Source: Candidatus Brocadiia bacterium
GTDB lineage: Bacteria > Planctomycetota > Brocadiia > CAIUPP01
DNA: 26,060 bases
NCBI GenBank assembly: GCA_050015075.1
Contig: JBEKCB010000043.1
Coordinates: 1-26,060 of the forward strand
Direction: 5' to 3'
In this document: one piece after another, positions 8,369 to 22,336 of the stretch
Layout of the letters: every line of letters begins with the position of its first letter
Position numbering within the stretch: position 1 is the stretch's first letter
Notes under the pieces: model-generated
What the model saw: the letters and a program-made list of their open reading frames with translations, nothing else
Database searches by the model: none
Told to the model about the DNA's origin: nothing
Made by a program: the position numbers and the translations under genes

Positions 8369-9955
8369 GTGAACGTACTGCTGGTCTGTCCGGAGTTCCC
8401 GGATACCTTCTGGAGTTTCAAGCATGCGATGAAGTTCGTCCGGAAGCGCGCGCTGTCGCCGCCGCTGGGGTTGCTCACCGTGGCGGCGCTCCTTCCGGAA
8501 GCCTGGCACAAGCGGCTGGTGGACCTGAATGTGACGCCTGATCTGAGCGAGGAGGACATGGCCTGGGCCGACATGGTCTTCGTCAGCGCCATGGCGGTTC
8601 AGCGATCGGCGGCGCATGCCGTGGCCCGGCGCTGCCGCGCGGCCGGAGTGCCGGTGGTGGCGGGCGGCCCGCTCTTCGCCGCCGAGCACGCGGACTTCCC
8701 CGAAGTGGACCATTTCGTCCTGAACGAGGCGGAACTCACGCTGCCGCCGTTCCTGCGGGACCTGGAGGCCGGGCGGCCCCAGCGCGTGTACGCCACGGCG
8801 GAGCTTGCGGACATCGAGAAGACCCCTGCGCCGCAGTGGGAGTTGCTCGACCTTAAGCAATACTTGCAAATGAGCATCCAGTACTCGCGCGGATGCCCCT
8901 TCGATTGCGAGTTCTGCAATGTGACGACGCTTTTCGGCCACCGGCCGCGCGCGAAGAGTGCGCCGCAGATGATTGCGGAACTGGATGCCCTGCACGCCCG
9001 GGGTTGGCGCGGCTCCGTCTTCTTCGTTGACGACAACTTCATCGGGAACAAGGCGCTGCTCAAGCGCGAGTTGCTGCCCGCCCTGATCGAATGGCAGGGC
9101 CAAGGGCGCGGGATTACCTTCAACACCCAGGCCACCGTAAACCTGGCCGACGACCCGGAACTCATGCGGATGATGACCGGCGCCGGGTTCGACATGGTGT
9201 TCGTGGGGATCGAGACGCCGGATGAGGACTGCCTGCGGGAATGCAACAAGAAGCAGAACACCGGGCGCGACCTGGTGGCGGACGTGAGAAAGATTCAGCG
9301 CGCAGGCTTGCAGGTGCAGGGCGGGTTCATCGTCGGGTTCGACAGCGACACGCCCTCCATCTTCGGGCGGCAGATCGAGTTCATCCAGGAGAGCGGCATC
9401 GCGATGGCGATGGTCGGCCTGTTGCAGGCTCCGCCCGGCACTCGCCTCTTCGAGCGTCTGCGGCGGGAAAACCGTATTGTCGGGTTCGGCTCGGGCGACA
9501 ACGTGGACGGCTCGACGAACATCGTCCCGCGAATGCCGCCGAGCGCGCTGCACGAGGGCTATCAGCGGATCCTGAACCACATCTACTCGCCCGAGAACCA
9601 TTACCAGCGCGTCAAGACCTTCCTGCGCGAGTACCGCGCGCCGGCGCTCAAGACGCCCGTGAGCGTGGGCCGGTGCGGCGCATTCGCGCGCACCATCCTG
9701 CGGCTGGGAATCATCGGCAGGGGGCGCTGGCAGTACTGGAAGCTGCTGGGCTGGACGATTTTCCGCCGGCCGCGCCTGCTGCCGCTGGCCGTCACATTGG
9801 CGATCTGCGGTTACCACTTCCGCCGGGTGGCCGAATTGAACGATCGCGCGCGGAAACAGGCCGCCGCGGCTCCGGGTCAGGACAACGTTGCAACCGTGAC
9901 GCGCACGGCGCCGCGCCGCATTTCTTTTTCCATTGAGGGAGGCCGCAATGATTAA
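8369..9955 (+). CDS. B12-binding radical SAM protein (HpnP-like/DUF4070 type, probable class B methyltransferase)
   Basis: N-terminal PPLGLLTVAALLP B12-binding domain, GCPFDCEFC (CxxxCxxC), FFVDDNFIGN, VFVGIETP and GGFIVGFD; GTG start with a GAGGA RBS. Confidence 0.9.
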   Translation: MNVLLVCPEFPDTFWSFKHAMKFVRKRALSPPLGLLTVAALLPEAWHKRLVDLNVTPDLSEEDMAWADMVFVSAMAVQRSAAHAVARRCRAAGVPVVAGGPLFAAEHADFPEVDHFVLNEAELTLPPFLRDLEAGRPQRVYATAELADIEKTPAPQWELLDLKQYLQMSIQYSRGCPFDCEFCNVTTLFGHRPRAKSAPQMIAELDALHARGWRGSVFFVDDNFIGNKALLKRELLPALIEWQGQGRGITFNTQATVNLADDPELMRMMTGAGFDMVFVGIETPDEDCLRECNKKQNTGRDLVADVRKIQRAGLQVQGGFIVGFDSDTPSIFGRQIEFIQESGIAMAMVGLLQAPPGTRLFERLRRENRIVGFGSGDNVDGSTNIVPRMPPSALHEGYQRILNHIYSPENHYQRVKTFLREYRAPALKTPVSVGRCGAFARTILRLGIIGRGRWQYWKLLGWTIFRRPRLLPLAVTLAICGYHFRRVAELNDRARKQAAAAPGQDNVATVTRTAPRRISFSIEGGRND

Positions 9956-10445
9956 GATGAAGACAATCCTTCATCCCACGGACTTTTCCGTACCGTCCAA
10001 CTACGCGCTCGAATATGCCGTCGTTTGCGCAAAGGAATTCGGGGCCAAGCTCTGTATCCTGCATGTGATCCATGATGTCCAGATCGGAACGTACATCGGT
10101 TTGTCTACGCTTCCGTCGCCGGTCCAGCTCGGGATAGAGCCGGATCAAATCATGGCAGAGATCGAGAAACAGGTGACCCAGGCGCTGCAGGAGATCCTTC
10201 CGCCGGAAGTCCGGGGCACGGTCCCGGTCCAATACCTGATCCGTCACGGCGCGCCGTTCCTGGAGATCATCCGGTGCGCCGATCAGATCGAGGCCGACAT
10301 GATCGTCTGCGGCACCCATGGCCGCACCGGGCTGAAACATGCGATCATCGGTTCCGTGGCGGAGAAGGTCGTGCGCAAGTCGCGGTGTCCGGTGCTCTCC
10401 ATACGGCATCCCGAGCACAAGTTCGAAATGCCGATCGGGGCGTGA
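9948..10445 (+). CDS. Universal stress protein (USP)
   Basis: [43 protein letters not shown] (ATP-binding type G-x2-G-x9-GS); GGAGG RBS before ATG 9948. Confidence 0.93.
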   Translation: MIKMKTILHPTDFSVPSNYALEYAVVCAKEFGAKLCILHVIHDVQIGTYIGLSTLPSPVQLGIEPDQIMAEIEKQVTQALQEILPPEVRGTVPVQYLIRHGAPFLEIIRCADQIEADMIVCGTHGRTGLKHAIIGSVAEKVVRKSRCPVLSIRHPEHKFEMPIGA

Positions 10446-10464
10446 GGAGATACAAGAGGGTGCA

Positions 10465-12117
10465 ATGAAAGTCAGTCCTTCCGCGGGAAAACCGCCGGTG
10501 CCGGGGACGCTGGTGAACGTCCCAAGGCTCGTCACGGCGTATTACGTCGAGGTTCCCGATCCGTCGGTCCCTGCGCAACGGGTTGCATTCGGCACGTCGG
10601 GCCATCGCGGGTCCGCGTTCGACAAGGCGTTCAACGAATCTCACATCCTTGCGATCACGCAGGCGATTTGCCTGTACCGGAAGCAGAAGAAGATCGCCGG
10701 CCCGCTGTTTCTCGGCATGGACACGCATGCGCTTTCCGAGCCGGCCTCTGCCAGCGCGCTGGAGGTGCTCGCGGCGAACGGGGTGGAAGCCATGATCGCG
10801 GAAGGCGATGAATATACTCCGACGCCGGCCGTGTCCCACGCGATCCTCACGTACAACCGCGGGCGCAGCGCCGGGCTGGCCGACGGCATCGTCATCACGC
10901 CGTCGCACAATCCGCCGGAGGACGGCGGGTTCAAATACGATCCGCCCAGCGGAGGGCCGGCGGAGAGCGGCGTGACCGGCTGGATCGAGGCCAAGGCGAA
11001 CGAGTTGCTCGAATCCGGCCTTCGAGGGGTGAAGCGGCTCCCGTACGAGAAAGCTCTGCACGCGGCGACGACTCATCGGCATGACTATCTGAATGCCTAC
11101 GTCGGCGACCTCGGCAATGTGATTGACATGGAGGCGATTCGCGGCGCGAAGATCAGCCTGGGCGTGGATCCGCTCGGCGGCGCCGGGGTCTATTATTGGG
11201 CGCCGATCGCCGAGCGCTACGGGTTGAACCTCACCGTGGTCAACGAGACCGTGGATCCGACTTTCCGATTCATGACGGTGGACTGGGACGGCCGGATCCG
11301 CACGGACCCGTCGTCGCCCTATGCCATGCAGAAGCTGATCGCCCTGAAGGACCGTTTCGAGATCGCCTTCGCCTGCGACGCCGACCACGACCGGCACGGG
11401 ATCGTCACCCGCAGCGCAGGACTGCTGCCGCCCAACCACTACCTGGCCGCCGCCATCATCTATCTCTTCCAGCACCGGCCGCAGTGGCGCGAGGATGCGG
11501 CGGTCGGCAAGACGGTGGTGAGCAGCGGGATGATTGATCGCGTCGCCGCGAAGCTGGGCAGGAAGCTCTACGAAGTGCCGGTCGGGTTCAAGTGGTTTGT
11601 GGACGGCCTGCTCGACGGCTCGCTGGGCTTCGGCGGCGAGGAGAGCGCCGGCGCGTCTTTCCTTCGCCTGAACGGCGGCGTGTGGACGACGGACAAGGAC
11701 GGGATCGTCCCGGCTTTGCTGGCGGCGGAGATCATGGCCCGAATGGGCAAGGATCCCGGCGAAATCTACGGCGAACTCACGCGCGAGTTCGGCGAGCCCC
11801 TCTATGACCGCGTCGAGGCGCCGGCCACTCCGGAGCAGAAGAAAAAACTCGGGAAACTTTCGGCGAAGCAGGTCCGGAGCACCGACCTGGCCGGCGAAAA
11901 AATCCGCACCCTCCTCACTCACGCGCCGGGCAACGGTGCGCCCATCGGCGGGTTGAAAGTCGTGGCGGAAAGCGGTTGGTTCGCGGCGCGTCCGTCCGGG
12001 ACGGAGGACATCTACAAGATCTACGCGGAGAGCTTCCGTGGAGCGGACCATCTGCGCCGCATCCTGGAGGAAGCGCAGACCATCGTCAACGATGCTTTGG
12101 CCGCCGCGCCGCAGTGA
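10465..12117 (+). CDS. pgm: Phosphoglucomutase (alpha-D-glucose-1,6-bisphosphate dependent)
   Basis: [15 protein letters not shown] (catalytic Ser), DADHDR metal loop, GEESAG and [18 protein letters not shown]. Confidence 0.95.
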   Translation: MKVSPSAGKPPVPGTLVNVPRLVTAYYVEVPDPSVPAQRVAFGTSGHRGSAFDKAFNESHILAITQAICLYRKQKKIAGPLFLGMDTHALSEPASASALEVLAANGVEAMIAEGDEYTPTPAVSHAILTYNRGRSAGLADGIVITPSHNPPEDGGFKYDPPSGGPAESGVTGWIEAKANELLESGLRGVKRLPYEKALHAATTHRHDYLNAYVGDLGNVIDMEAIRGAKISLGVDPLGGAGVYYWAPIAERYGLNLTVVNETVDPTFRFMTVDWDGRIRTDPSSPYAMQKLIALKDRFEIAFACDADHDRHGIVTRSAGLLPPNHYLAAAIIYLFQHRPQWREDAAVGKTVVSSGMIDRVAAKLGRKLYEVPVGFKWFVDGLLDGSLGFGGEESAGASFLRLNGGVWTTDKDGIVPALLAAEIMARMGKDPGEIYGELTREFGEPLYDRVEAPATPEQKKKLGKLSAKQVRSTDLAGEKIRTLLTHAPGNGAPIGGLKVVAESGWFAARPSGTEDIYKIYAESFRGADHLRRILEEAQTIVNDALAAAPQ

Positions 12118-12143
12118 CGAGCCGGGCTACGGGGGAAAAGACG

Positions 12144-12791
12144 GTGAGTAAAGCGACGGCAATCACCTGCCTGTTTCTGGATATCGGAGGTGTCCTGCTC
12201 ACCGACGGGTGGGATCACCATGCCCGCAAGCGGGCGGCGACGCACTTCAGGCTGAAGTGGACCGAGATGGAGGATCGGCATCGTCTGACCTCCGATACCT
12301 ACGAAGAGGGAAAGCTCACGCTGGAAGAATACTTGGACCGCGTGGTCTTCTGCGAAAAGCGGCCGTTCACCCGGGCGCAGTTTCGGCGCTTCATGTTCGC
12401 GCAATCGAAATCTTATCCCCGGATGATCGAGTGGGTACGCAAACTCAAGGAAAAGTACGGGCTGAAGATCGTCGTGGTCAGCAACGAAGCGCGGGAATTG
12501 AATTCTCACCGGATTCGGAAGTTCAAGCTGGATGAGTTCGTGGACTGCTTTATTTCCTCCTGCTTCGTCCACGTCCGCAAGCCCGACGCGGACATCTTTC
12601 GGCTTGCGCTGGACATCGCCCAGGCGCGGACACGGCAGGTCGTCTATATCGAAAACACCCCGATGTTCGTCCAGATCGCGGAAGGTTTGGGAATCCGAAG
12701 CATTCTTCACACGGACTACAGGTCCACGCGCGCGAAGCTGGCCTCGTTCGGACTGCGGACTAACGACGGAGCCATCCATGAAACCGGCTAA
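12144..12791 (+). CDS. HAD-family phosphatase (YihX/glucose-1-phosphatase-like)
   Basis: Motif I FLDIGGVL, motif II VSN, motif III RKPDADIF and a variant motif IV YIENT; GTG start at 12144. Confidence 0.85.
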   Translation: MSKATAITCLFLDIGGVLLTDGWDHHARKRAATHFRLKWTEMEDRHRLTSDTYEEGKLTLEEYLDRVVFCEKRPFTRAQFRRFMFAQSKSYPRMIEWVRKLKEKYGLKIVVVSNEARELNSHRIRKFKLDEFVDCFISSCFVHVRKPDADIFRLALDIAQARTRQVVYIENTPMFVQIAEGLGIRSILHTDYRSTRAKLASFGLRTNDGAIHETG

Positions 12792-13992
12792 GCCGCACAT
12801 CCTGACGATCAACGGCGGCTCATCGTCCATCAAGTTCGCGCTCTTCGAGGCGGGCGTTTCGCCGCGGCGGATTTTGGAGGGCGCGTTGGAGCGGATTGGA
12901 CTGCCGGAGGCTGTCCTGCGGGTGAAAGGTTCGAACCCGGCGGACAACTTTTCGCGGCCGGTGACGGCGCCGGATCACACGACCGCGGTGGGCGTGTTGA
13001 TGGATTGGATCGAGGAGCGCGGCGGGCGCGATTCATTGACCGCGGTGGGGCATCGCGTGGTGCATGGCGGGCCGAAGTACAGCGAGCCGCAGCGGATCAC
13101 CCCGGAAATGGTCCAGGAGCTGCACCGGCTCAGTCCATTCGATCCGGACCATCTGCCGGAGGAGATCCTGTTGACCGAGGCGTTCCATCGCCGATTTCCC
13201 GATCTGCCCCAGGTGGCGTGTTTCGACACGGCTTTCCACCATGACCTGCCGCGGGTGGCCCGTCTGTTGCCGATCCCGCGCCGGTACGAGGCGCAGGGCG
13301 TGCGGCGGTACGGGTTTCACGGGTTGTCGTATGCGTTTCTGATCGGAGAACTGGCCCGCCTGGCCGGAACAAAAGCGGCGCATGGCCGGGTCATCCTCGC
13401 CCATCTCGGCAACGGCGCGAGCCTGGCGGCGGTCCGCGACGGTAAATCCGTGGACACCAGCATGAGTTTCACCCCGACCGCCGGGATACCGATGAGCACC
13501 CGCTCCGGCGACCTCGACCCCGGACTGGTCTGGTACCTGGCGCGCACTGAGAAAATGAGCGCGAAGCAATTCAACGAGATGGTCAATTTTCAGTCCGGGC
13601 TGCTCGGCGTGTCCGAGACTAGTTCCGACATGCGCGACTTGCTCGACCGCGAAAAACAGGACGTGCGGGCGGCGGAAGCGGTCGCGATGTTCTGCTACCA
13701 GGCCAGGAAATGGATCGGCGCCTTCGCGGCGGCGCTGGGCGGGCTGGACACGCTGGTATTCGCCGGGGGCATCGGAGAGAATGCGCCCACGGTCCGCGCC
13801 CGGATTTGCGATGGCCTGGGATTCCTCGGAATCGAACTCGACGCTGAGCGCAACGCCGCGAACGAGGGCGTGATTTCCGCCGCGGCCGGCCGAGTTGCGG
13901 TTCGCGTCATTCACACGGACGAAGAGCACATGATCGCCAAGACGGTTTGCCGCGTTCTCGGCTTGGCTGAAAAAGGGAGAATGGCGCCATGA
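12778..13992 (+). CDS. ackA: Acetate kinase
   Basis: [52 protein letters not shown] and TDEE. Confidence 0.93.
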   Translation: MKPAKPHILTINGGSSSIKFALFEAGVSPRRILEGALERIGLPEAVLRVKGSNPADNFSRPVTAPDHTTAVGVLMDWIEERGGRDSLTAVGHRVVHGGPKYSEPQRITPEMVQELHRLSPFDPDHLPEEILLTEAFHRRFPDLPQVACFDTAFHHDLPRVARLLPIPRRYEAQGVRRYGFHGLSYAFLIGELARLAGTKAAHGRVILAHLGNGASLAAVRDGKSVDTSMSFTPTAGIPMSTRSGDLDPGLVWYLARTEKMSAKQFNEMVNFQSGLLGVSETSSDMRDLLDREKQDVRAAEAVAMFCYQARKWIGAFAAALGGLDTLVFAGGIGENAPTVRARICDGLGFLGIELDAERNAANEGVISAAAGRVAVRVIHTDEEHMIAKTVCRVLGLAEKGRMAP

Positions 13993-16358
13993 AGACAAAA
14001 ACTCTTTCGCCGGACCTGCTCCACAAGATGAATGCCTACTGGCGCGCCGCCAACTATCTCTCGGTCGGGCAGATTTATCTCTACGACAACCCGCTGCTGA
14101 AGCGGCCGCTGAAACTGTCGCACGTGAAGCCGCTGGTGGTCGGGCATTGGGGCACGACGCCGGGCCAGAACTTCATCTACGTGCATTTGAACCGGGTCAT
14201 TAAGAAGTATGACCTGGACATGATCTACATCGCCGGTCCCGGTCACGGCGGCCCGGCGCTGGTGGGCAATACCTACCTCGAAGGCAGCTACAGCGAGATT
14301 TATCCGAACATCAGCCAGGACGAAGCCGGGCTGAAAAAGCTGTTCACGCAATTCTCGTTCCCCGGCGGGATTTCCAGCCATGTTTCGCCGGAGACGCCGG
14401 GCTCGATTCACGAAGGCGGCGAACTGGGATATTCGCTCAGCCATGCCTTCGGGGCCGCGTTCGACAATCCGGACTTGGTCGTCGCCTGCATCGTGGGCGA
14501 TGGCGAGGCGGAGACGGGGCCGCTGGCCACCGCCTGGCAGTCCAATAAATTCCTCAACCCGATCACCGACGGCGCCGTGCTGCCGATTCTGCACCTCAAC
14601 GGGTACAAGATCAGCAACCCGACCGTCCTGGCGCGCATCGAGCACGAGGAACTGGAGCAATTTCTGCGAGGCTGCGGCTGGACGCCGCACTTCGTGGAAG
14701 GCGATCAGCCGGAAGAGATGCATCAGCTTATGGCCGGCACTTTGGAAAAAGCCGTCGAGGCCATTCGACAAATCCAACGCAATGCGCGGAGCAGGAACGA
14801 CGCGGCTCGGCCGCGCTGGCCGATGATCGTCCTGAGATCGCCCAAGGGCTGGACGGGGCCGAAAGTCGTGGACGGTCTGCCCTGCGAGGGCACGTTCCGA
14901 TCGCACCAGGTGCCGCTGCTGGTTGATCCCAAGCATCCTGCGCATCTCAAGCAGCTCGAAAGCTGGATGAAAAGCTACAAGGCGGAGGAGTTGTTCGACG
15001 AGGCCGGCCGGCTCATGCCGGAATTGGCCGAGCTGGCGCCCAAGGGCGACCGGCGGATGGGCGCCAATCCGCACGCCAACGGCGGCATTCTGCTTCGCGA
15101 CCTGCGAATGCCGGACTTCCGCGTCCATGCGGTGAAGGTGCCGTCGCCCGGGGCCGTTGACGGCCAGGATACGCTCGTGCTGGGCAAGTTCCTGCGTGAC
15201 GTGGCCAAGGTCAATCAGGACCAGCATAATTTCCGGATCTTCGGTCCCGATGAGACGCTCTCGAATCTCCTGGGCGCGGTCTTCGAAGTCACCGATCGCC
15301 AGTGGGACGCCCGCACGGCGAAGAATGACGAATTCCTCGCGCCCGCCGGACGCGTGCTGGACTCGATGCTCAGCGAACACCAGTGCGAAGGCTGGCTGGA
15401 AGGTTACCTGCTCACCGGCCGGCACGGGTTGTTCAACTGCTACGAGGCGTTCATCCACATCATTGACTCGATGTTCAACCAGCACGCCAAGTGGCTGAAG
15501 ATCACCGCGCAACTGCCGTGGCGGCGGAAGATCGCCTCGCTGAACTATCTGCTCGCCTCCCACGTCTGGCAGCAGGATCACAACGGCTTCACCCACCAGG
15601 ACCCCGGCTTCCTCGACCATGTCATCAACAAGAAGGCCGATATCGTGCGCGTCTACCTTCCGCCGGATGCCAACTGCCTGCTGTCGGTGATGGACCACTG
15701 CCTGCGGAGCCGACACTATGTGAACGTGGTGGTTGCGGGAAAACATGCGCTGCCCCAATGGCTGACCATGGACGCCGCAGTGGTGCATTGCACGGAAGGA
15801 ATTGGCATCTGGCCATGGGCCAGCAACGACCAGGGCACCGAGCCGGACGTGGTCATGGCCTGTTGCGGAGACACGCCCACACTGGAGATCTTGGCGGCCG
15901 TGTCCATCCTTCGCAAACATCTGCCCGAGCTGAAAATCCGCGTGATCAATGTCGTGGACCTCATGAAGTTGGAGCCCAGCACAGAGCACCCGCACGGGCT
16001 GAGCGACAGAGATTACGACTCGCTCTTCACGAAAAACAAGCACATCATCTTTGGCTTTCACGGCTACCCCTGGCTGATCCACCGGCTGACCTACCGCCGG
16101 ACCAACCGCAATCTGCACGTCCGAGGCTACAAGGAAGAGGGCACGATCACGACGGCCTTCGACATGAGGGTGCAGAACGAACTCGACCGGTTCCACCTGG
16201 TGCAGGACGTGGTGGATCGGCTCCCGCACTTGGGCGCCAAAGGGGCCTATTTGAAGCAGATGGTGCAGGACAAGCTCATCGAGCACAAGCAGTACATTGA
16301 CAAGCACGGCCAGGACATGCCGGAAATCCGCAACTGGAAATGGAGGACGCCCAAGTGA
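13989..16358 (+). CDS. xfp: Phosphoketolase (xylulose-5-P/fructose-6-P phosphoketolase)
   Basis: [24 protein letters not shown] motif [30 protein letters not shown] and [12 protein letters not shown]; ATGA overlap with ackA. Confidence 0.96.
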   Translation: MKTKTLSPDLLHKMNAYWRAANYLSVGQIYLYDNPLLKRPLKLSHVKPLVVGHWGTTPGQNFIYVHLNRVIKKYDLDMIYIAGPGHGGPALVGNTYLEGSYSEIYPNISQDEAGLKKLFTQFSFPGGISSHVSPETPGSIHEGGELGYSLSHAFGAAFDNPDLVVACIVGDGEAETGPLATAWQSNKFLNPITDGAVLPILHLNGYKISNPTVLARIEHEELEQFLRGCGWTPHFVEGDQPEEMHQLMAGTLEKAVEAIRQIQRNARSRNDAARPRWPMIVLRSPKGWTGPKVVDGLPCEGTFRSHQVPLLVDPKHPAHLKQLESWMKSYKAEELFDEAGRLMPELAELAPKGDRRMGANPHANGGILLRDLRMPDFRVHAVKVPSPGAVDGQDTLVLGKFLRDVAKVNQDQHNFRIFGPDETLSNLLGAVFEVTDRQWDARTAKNDEFLAPAGRVLDSMLSEHQCEGWLEGYLLTGRHGLFNCYEAFIHIIDSMFNQHAKWLKITAQLPWRRKIASLNYLLASHVWQQDHNGFTHQDPGFLDHVINKKADIVRVYLPPDANCLLSVMDHCLRSRHYVNVVVAGKHALPQWLTMDAAVVHCTEGIGIWPWASNDQGTEPDVVMACCGDTPTLEILAAVSILRKHLPELKIRVINVVDLMKLEPSTEHPHGLSDRDYDSLFTKNKHIIFGFHGYPWLIHRLTYRRTNRNLHVRGYKEEGTITTAFDMRVQNELDRFHLVQDVVDRLPHLGAKGAYLKQMVQDKLIEHKQYIDKHGQDMPEIRNWKWRTPK

Positions 16359-17373
16359 ATGCGCAGGGGCTTATAAAGACCGCCCGAGCGCTGGTCGCCG
16401 GCGACAAGGGCCTGCTGGCGATGGACGAGAGCAATCCGACCTGCAACAAGCGGTTTGCCAAGTTGGGGATTCCCCAGACGCCGGAGGCCCGGCGCGCCTA
16501 TCGCGAGATGATTGTGACCACGCCCGGGCTCGGCGAGAGCATCAGCGGCGCGATCCTCTATGATGAGACAATCCGCCAGCAGAAGAAAGACGGCACTCCC
16601 TTTCTTAAAGCCGTGGCCGATGCGGGGATCATTCCGGGCATCAAAGTGGACGCCGGCGCAAAGGACATGGCCGCTCATCCCGGAGAAAAAATCACCGAAG
16701 GCCTGGACGGGTTGCGCGAGCGCCTGGCCGAATACTCTCGAATGGGCCTCCGTTTTGCCAAGTGGCGCGCGGTGATCGCCATCGGCGGCGGCATTCCCAC
16801 CCGCGGTTGCATCGAGGCCAACGCGCAGGCGCTGGCTCGCTACGCAGCGCTCTGCCAGGAAGCCGGATTGGTGCCCATCGTCGAGCCGGAAGTGCTCATG
16901 GACGGCGATCATATCCTGGCGCGCTGTTTCGAAGTGACGGAGGAAACACTGCGGGCGGTCTTTCACCAGCTTTACACGCAAGGGGTGATGCTTGAGGGCG
17001 CGCTCCTGAAGCCGAACATGGTCCTTCCGGGATTGGCCTGCGCGAAGCAGGAATCGGTGGACGAGGTGGCCGACGCTACGGTGCGGTGCCTCCTGCGGGC
17101 CGTCCCTGCGGCCGTTCCGGGGATTACGTTCCTGTCGGGCGGCCAGACCAGCGAACTGGCCTCCGCCCGCTTGAATGCCATGAATGTCCGGTTCAAGTCG
17201 CGGCTGCCCTGGGCACTGGCGTTTTCGTTCGCCCGCGCCATCCAGCAGCCGGCGTTGGAGATTTGGAAGGGCAACGAGGCCAACGTGCCGGCGGCGCAGA
17301 AAGCTCTCTATCACCGGGCGAAGTGCAACCGGGCTGCGCGCCGCGGCGAATATAATGCTGCGATGGAAAGGGC

Positions 17374-17377
<4 letters not shown>
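16355..17377 (+). CDS. Class I fructose-bisphosphate aldolase (Glycolytic/eukaryote-like family)
   Basis: [26 protein letters not shown], Schiff-base LLKPNMV, FLSGGQ and FSFARA; GTGA overlap with xfp and a GGAGG RBS. Confidence 0.93.
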
Positions 17378-20118
<2,741 letters not shown>

Positions 20119-20225
20119 AGGCGGGAACATATGTAGCTTGCGCATCTCAATCAGAAATACAGTTTATGTGGCCGGAATTTCCGACAGGCTTGCTCGTAGA
20201 TGTCCCCCGAATTCCGGAGCATCGG

Positions 20226-21470
20226 TTATTTCAGGTACGCCTTCTCGACTTTCCGCAGCCCGGCCACGATCCGGCGCACGTGAGTCGGGGTCAAGTTCTC
20301 GTGGAAGGAAAGCGCGAAGTGACGCGCATCGGTGGCGCGGATGTTCGGCGTGAGATAAAGCTTGTCGGCATTACCCTTGTACATCGGACAGGTCCAGGGA
20401 TAGCCGCTCGTGCCGAAAACGGCGCGGTTCTTGTACCAGGGATGCTCGGTGAACAGGTGGAAGTAGCTGGGCGACACGGGTATCCCCTCCGCCGCTACGG
20501 CCTTGACGAAGGTTGCCTTGTCGCAGGAGAGCCTGTCAAGCTGCAGCCTGCAGAAGAGAAACCATGGGCTTGGCTTGGCGTGCCGTGGCGCCGGCATCAG
20601 GCGAACCGTGGCCAGGCGGCGGCACTCCCGGGCCAATAGCGTCGCGATCTTCTGGCGCGCTGCGATGATCTTCGGGAGCCGCTTAAGCTGCGCCCGGCCC
20701 ACGCAGGCGGCTAAGTCGTTGAGGTTAAAGTTGAGCGAACAGACGACGTTCCCGGCGGTTGCCGGAAGGTTGAACGGCTTACCGCGGTCGGAGTAGCGCC
20801 GGACCATCCAATAGAGCGCCTCGTCCCTGGTGAAGACCACGCCGCCCTGGGCGGCGGTGGCATGGTGCTTGCCCGACATGGTGGAAAACGCTCCGAGCGT
20901 GCCCCAGGTTCCCACGTGCCGGCCTTTGTATCGGGCGCCGTGAGCCTGGGCACAGTCTTCGATGACCGGGAGATCGCGGGCTTTCGCGACCTCCATGATC
21001 GGACCGATTTCGGCTGGAATGCCCGCGATGTGGGCCACGATGATCGCGCGCGTATGTCGCGTGATGCGCGCCTCGATCTGGTCGGGGCCGGCGTTGTAAG
21101 AGTCAAGGGCGCTGTCGGCGGGGATGGGAATCAAGTTGCACAAGGGTACCGGCATCACGCCGCCCGGATCCGTGATCGGCGGGCAGATCACTTCGCCGAA
21201 GGGCTCCAGTTCCAGTGCGCGCAGAGCCACGTAGACGGCGCTCGTGCCGGAGTTGACCGCGTCGGCGTATCCCCCGCCCAAAAACCGGGCAAATTCCTTG
21301 CAGTAGGCTTCCTCGTCCGGACCGTCGTAGCCGAAGGCGTCGCCTGTGGCCAAGCTCCGGTCGAAGAGGGCCGCGGCCGCCGTTTTTTCCTGTGTTGTGA
21401 ACAGCCTGCGCACCGGCCAGCGACTAAGCGCCTTGGGTCCGCCGTTGATTGCCAATCTCTGTTCGTTCAT
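20226..21470 (-). CDS. DegT/DnrJ/EryC1/StrS family PLP-dependent aminotransferase
   Basis: LAINGG, VNSGTSA, IEDCAQAHGA and FSTMSGK (PLP lysine). Confidence 0.92.
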   Translation of the reverse strand: MNEQRLAINGGPKALSRWPVRRLFTTQEKTAAAALFDRSLATGDAFGYDGPDEEAYCKEFARFLGGGYADAVNSGTSAVYVALRALELEPFGEVICPPITDPGGVMPVPLCNLIPIPADSALDSYNAGPDQIEARITRHTRAIIVAHIAGIPAEIGPIMEVAKARDLPVIEDCAQAHGARYKGRHVGTWGTLGAFSTMSGKHHATAAQGGVVFTRDEALYWMVRRYSDRGKPFNLPATAGNVVCSLNFNLNDLAACVGRAQLKRLPKIIAARQKIATLLARECRRLATVRLMPAPRHAKPSPWFLFCRLQLDRLSCDKATFVKAVAAEGIPVSPSYFHLFTEHPWYKNRAVFGTSGYPWTCPMYKGNADKLYLTPNIRATDARHFALSFHENLTPTHVRRIVAGLRKVEKAYLK

Positions 21471-21508
21471 AAAACCTGGACAGTCACCAAAACCTGGGGA
21501 CAGTCAAC
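21471..21508. repeat. Short tandem duplication abutting the aminotransferase start codon
   Basis: aaaacctggacagtcacc followed by aaaacctggggacagtcaac. Confidence 0.6.
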
Positions 21509-21575
21509 TTATTCTTGCCATCCTCTCTTGGCTGGCGATGGCCCTTTCGTCGTTGGCTTTCCTTCGCATCAAAGG

Positions 21576-21603
21576 AATATACGCTTAGATCGTCCGATGT
21601 CAA
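21576..21603 (-). promoter_or_regulatory. Putative sigma-70 promoter for the aminotransferase
   Basis: TTGACA (overlapping the methyltransferase TGA stop)-N16-TATATT. Confidence 0.55.
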
Positions 21604-22268
21604 CCCCGGTGCGCGGTCTCCCTTTCAGGCGCGGCCTTCTGCAGCCGGAAAAAGCGGTGGACCGGGTTTTCCCAGGGCCTGAACGTGTGCTCCACCTGGA
21701 ATCCGGCGGCCGTTATACGGTCCATGACCTGCGCCAGGGGAAAACCCTTTTTGTTGACCGCCCAATAGTGTTGACCATCGAATTGATGAGCGATCGGTGT
21801 CCAGAACGGCCGCCGGCACACTCGGCGCGGCAGGAGCATCGGGATATTCAAAAGGAAATAGCCCCCTCTGTCCGGCAGGCTGATGATTGCCTTTGCGCGG
21901 CAGACTCTGTGTATTTCGGCGAGCGCGCGCGGGAAAAGCTCCCAGGGGATGTGTTCCAGCACTTCGAAGCAGGCGACCACGTCGCAGGACCCGTCGGCGA
22001 GCGGCATGTCGGTGACTGAGGCCACGATGTCGGGATGGAGCGATTCGTCGAAGTCGAGGGTGGTGACGCTCAGGCCCGCCTCTCTGAGAGCATACGCGAC
22101 GATGCCGTTGCCGATGCCGATTTCGAGCACATTGCGCGGGGCGAGGCGGAGCACTTCCTGGATTTGATAACCGTACGAAGCGAACCGCTCCGGGGTGAGA
22201 TAGTCCTCCGTGAAGTAATGCTCCCTCGGCACTTGCGGCTTCAAGTCTTGTTTGTCGTCAGGGTTCAT
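21600..22268 (-). CDS. Class I SAM-dependent methyltransferase
   Basis: VLEIGIGNG (motif I), TLD, MPLADGSCDVVACFEVLEHIP and EIHRV. Confidence 0.9.
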   Translation of the reverse strand: MNPDDKQDLKPQVPREHYFTEDYLTPERFASYGYQIQEVLRLAPRNVLEIGIGNGIVAYALREAGLSVTTLDFDESLHPDIVASVTDMPLADGSCDVVACFEVLEHIPWELFPRALAEIHRVCRAKAIISLPDRGGYFLLNIPMLLPRRVCRRPFWTPIAHQFDGQHYWAVNKKGFPLAQVMDRITAAGFQVEHTFRPWENPVHRFFRLQKAAPERETAHRG

Positions 22269-22336
22269 GTTGTTCGGCTGGACCTCCAGGCCTTAGATAC
22301 TCCAGCATTTCGTGGTTTCGGCCTTGTTACTCCACC

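Noticed and set aside
20172-20217. Possible bidirectional terminator between convergent genes (ccggaatt...aattccgg)
   Set aside because: The 8-bp arms enclose a large, poorly paired loop and there is no clear U tract; too weak to call.
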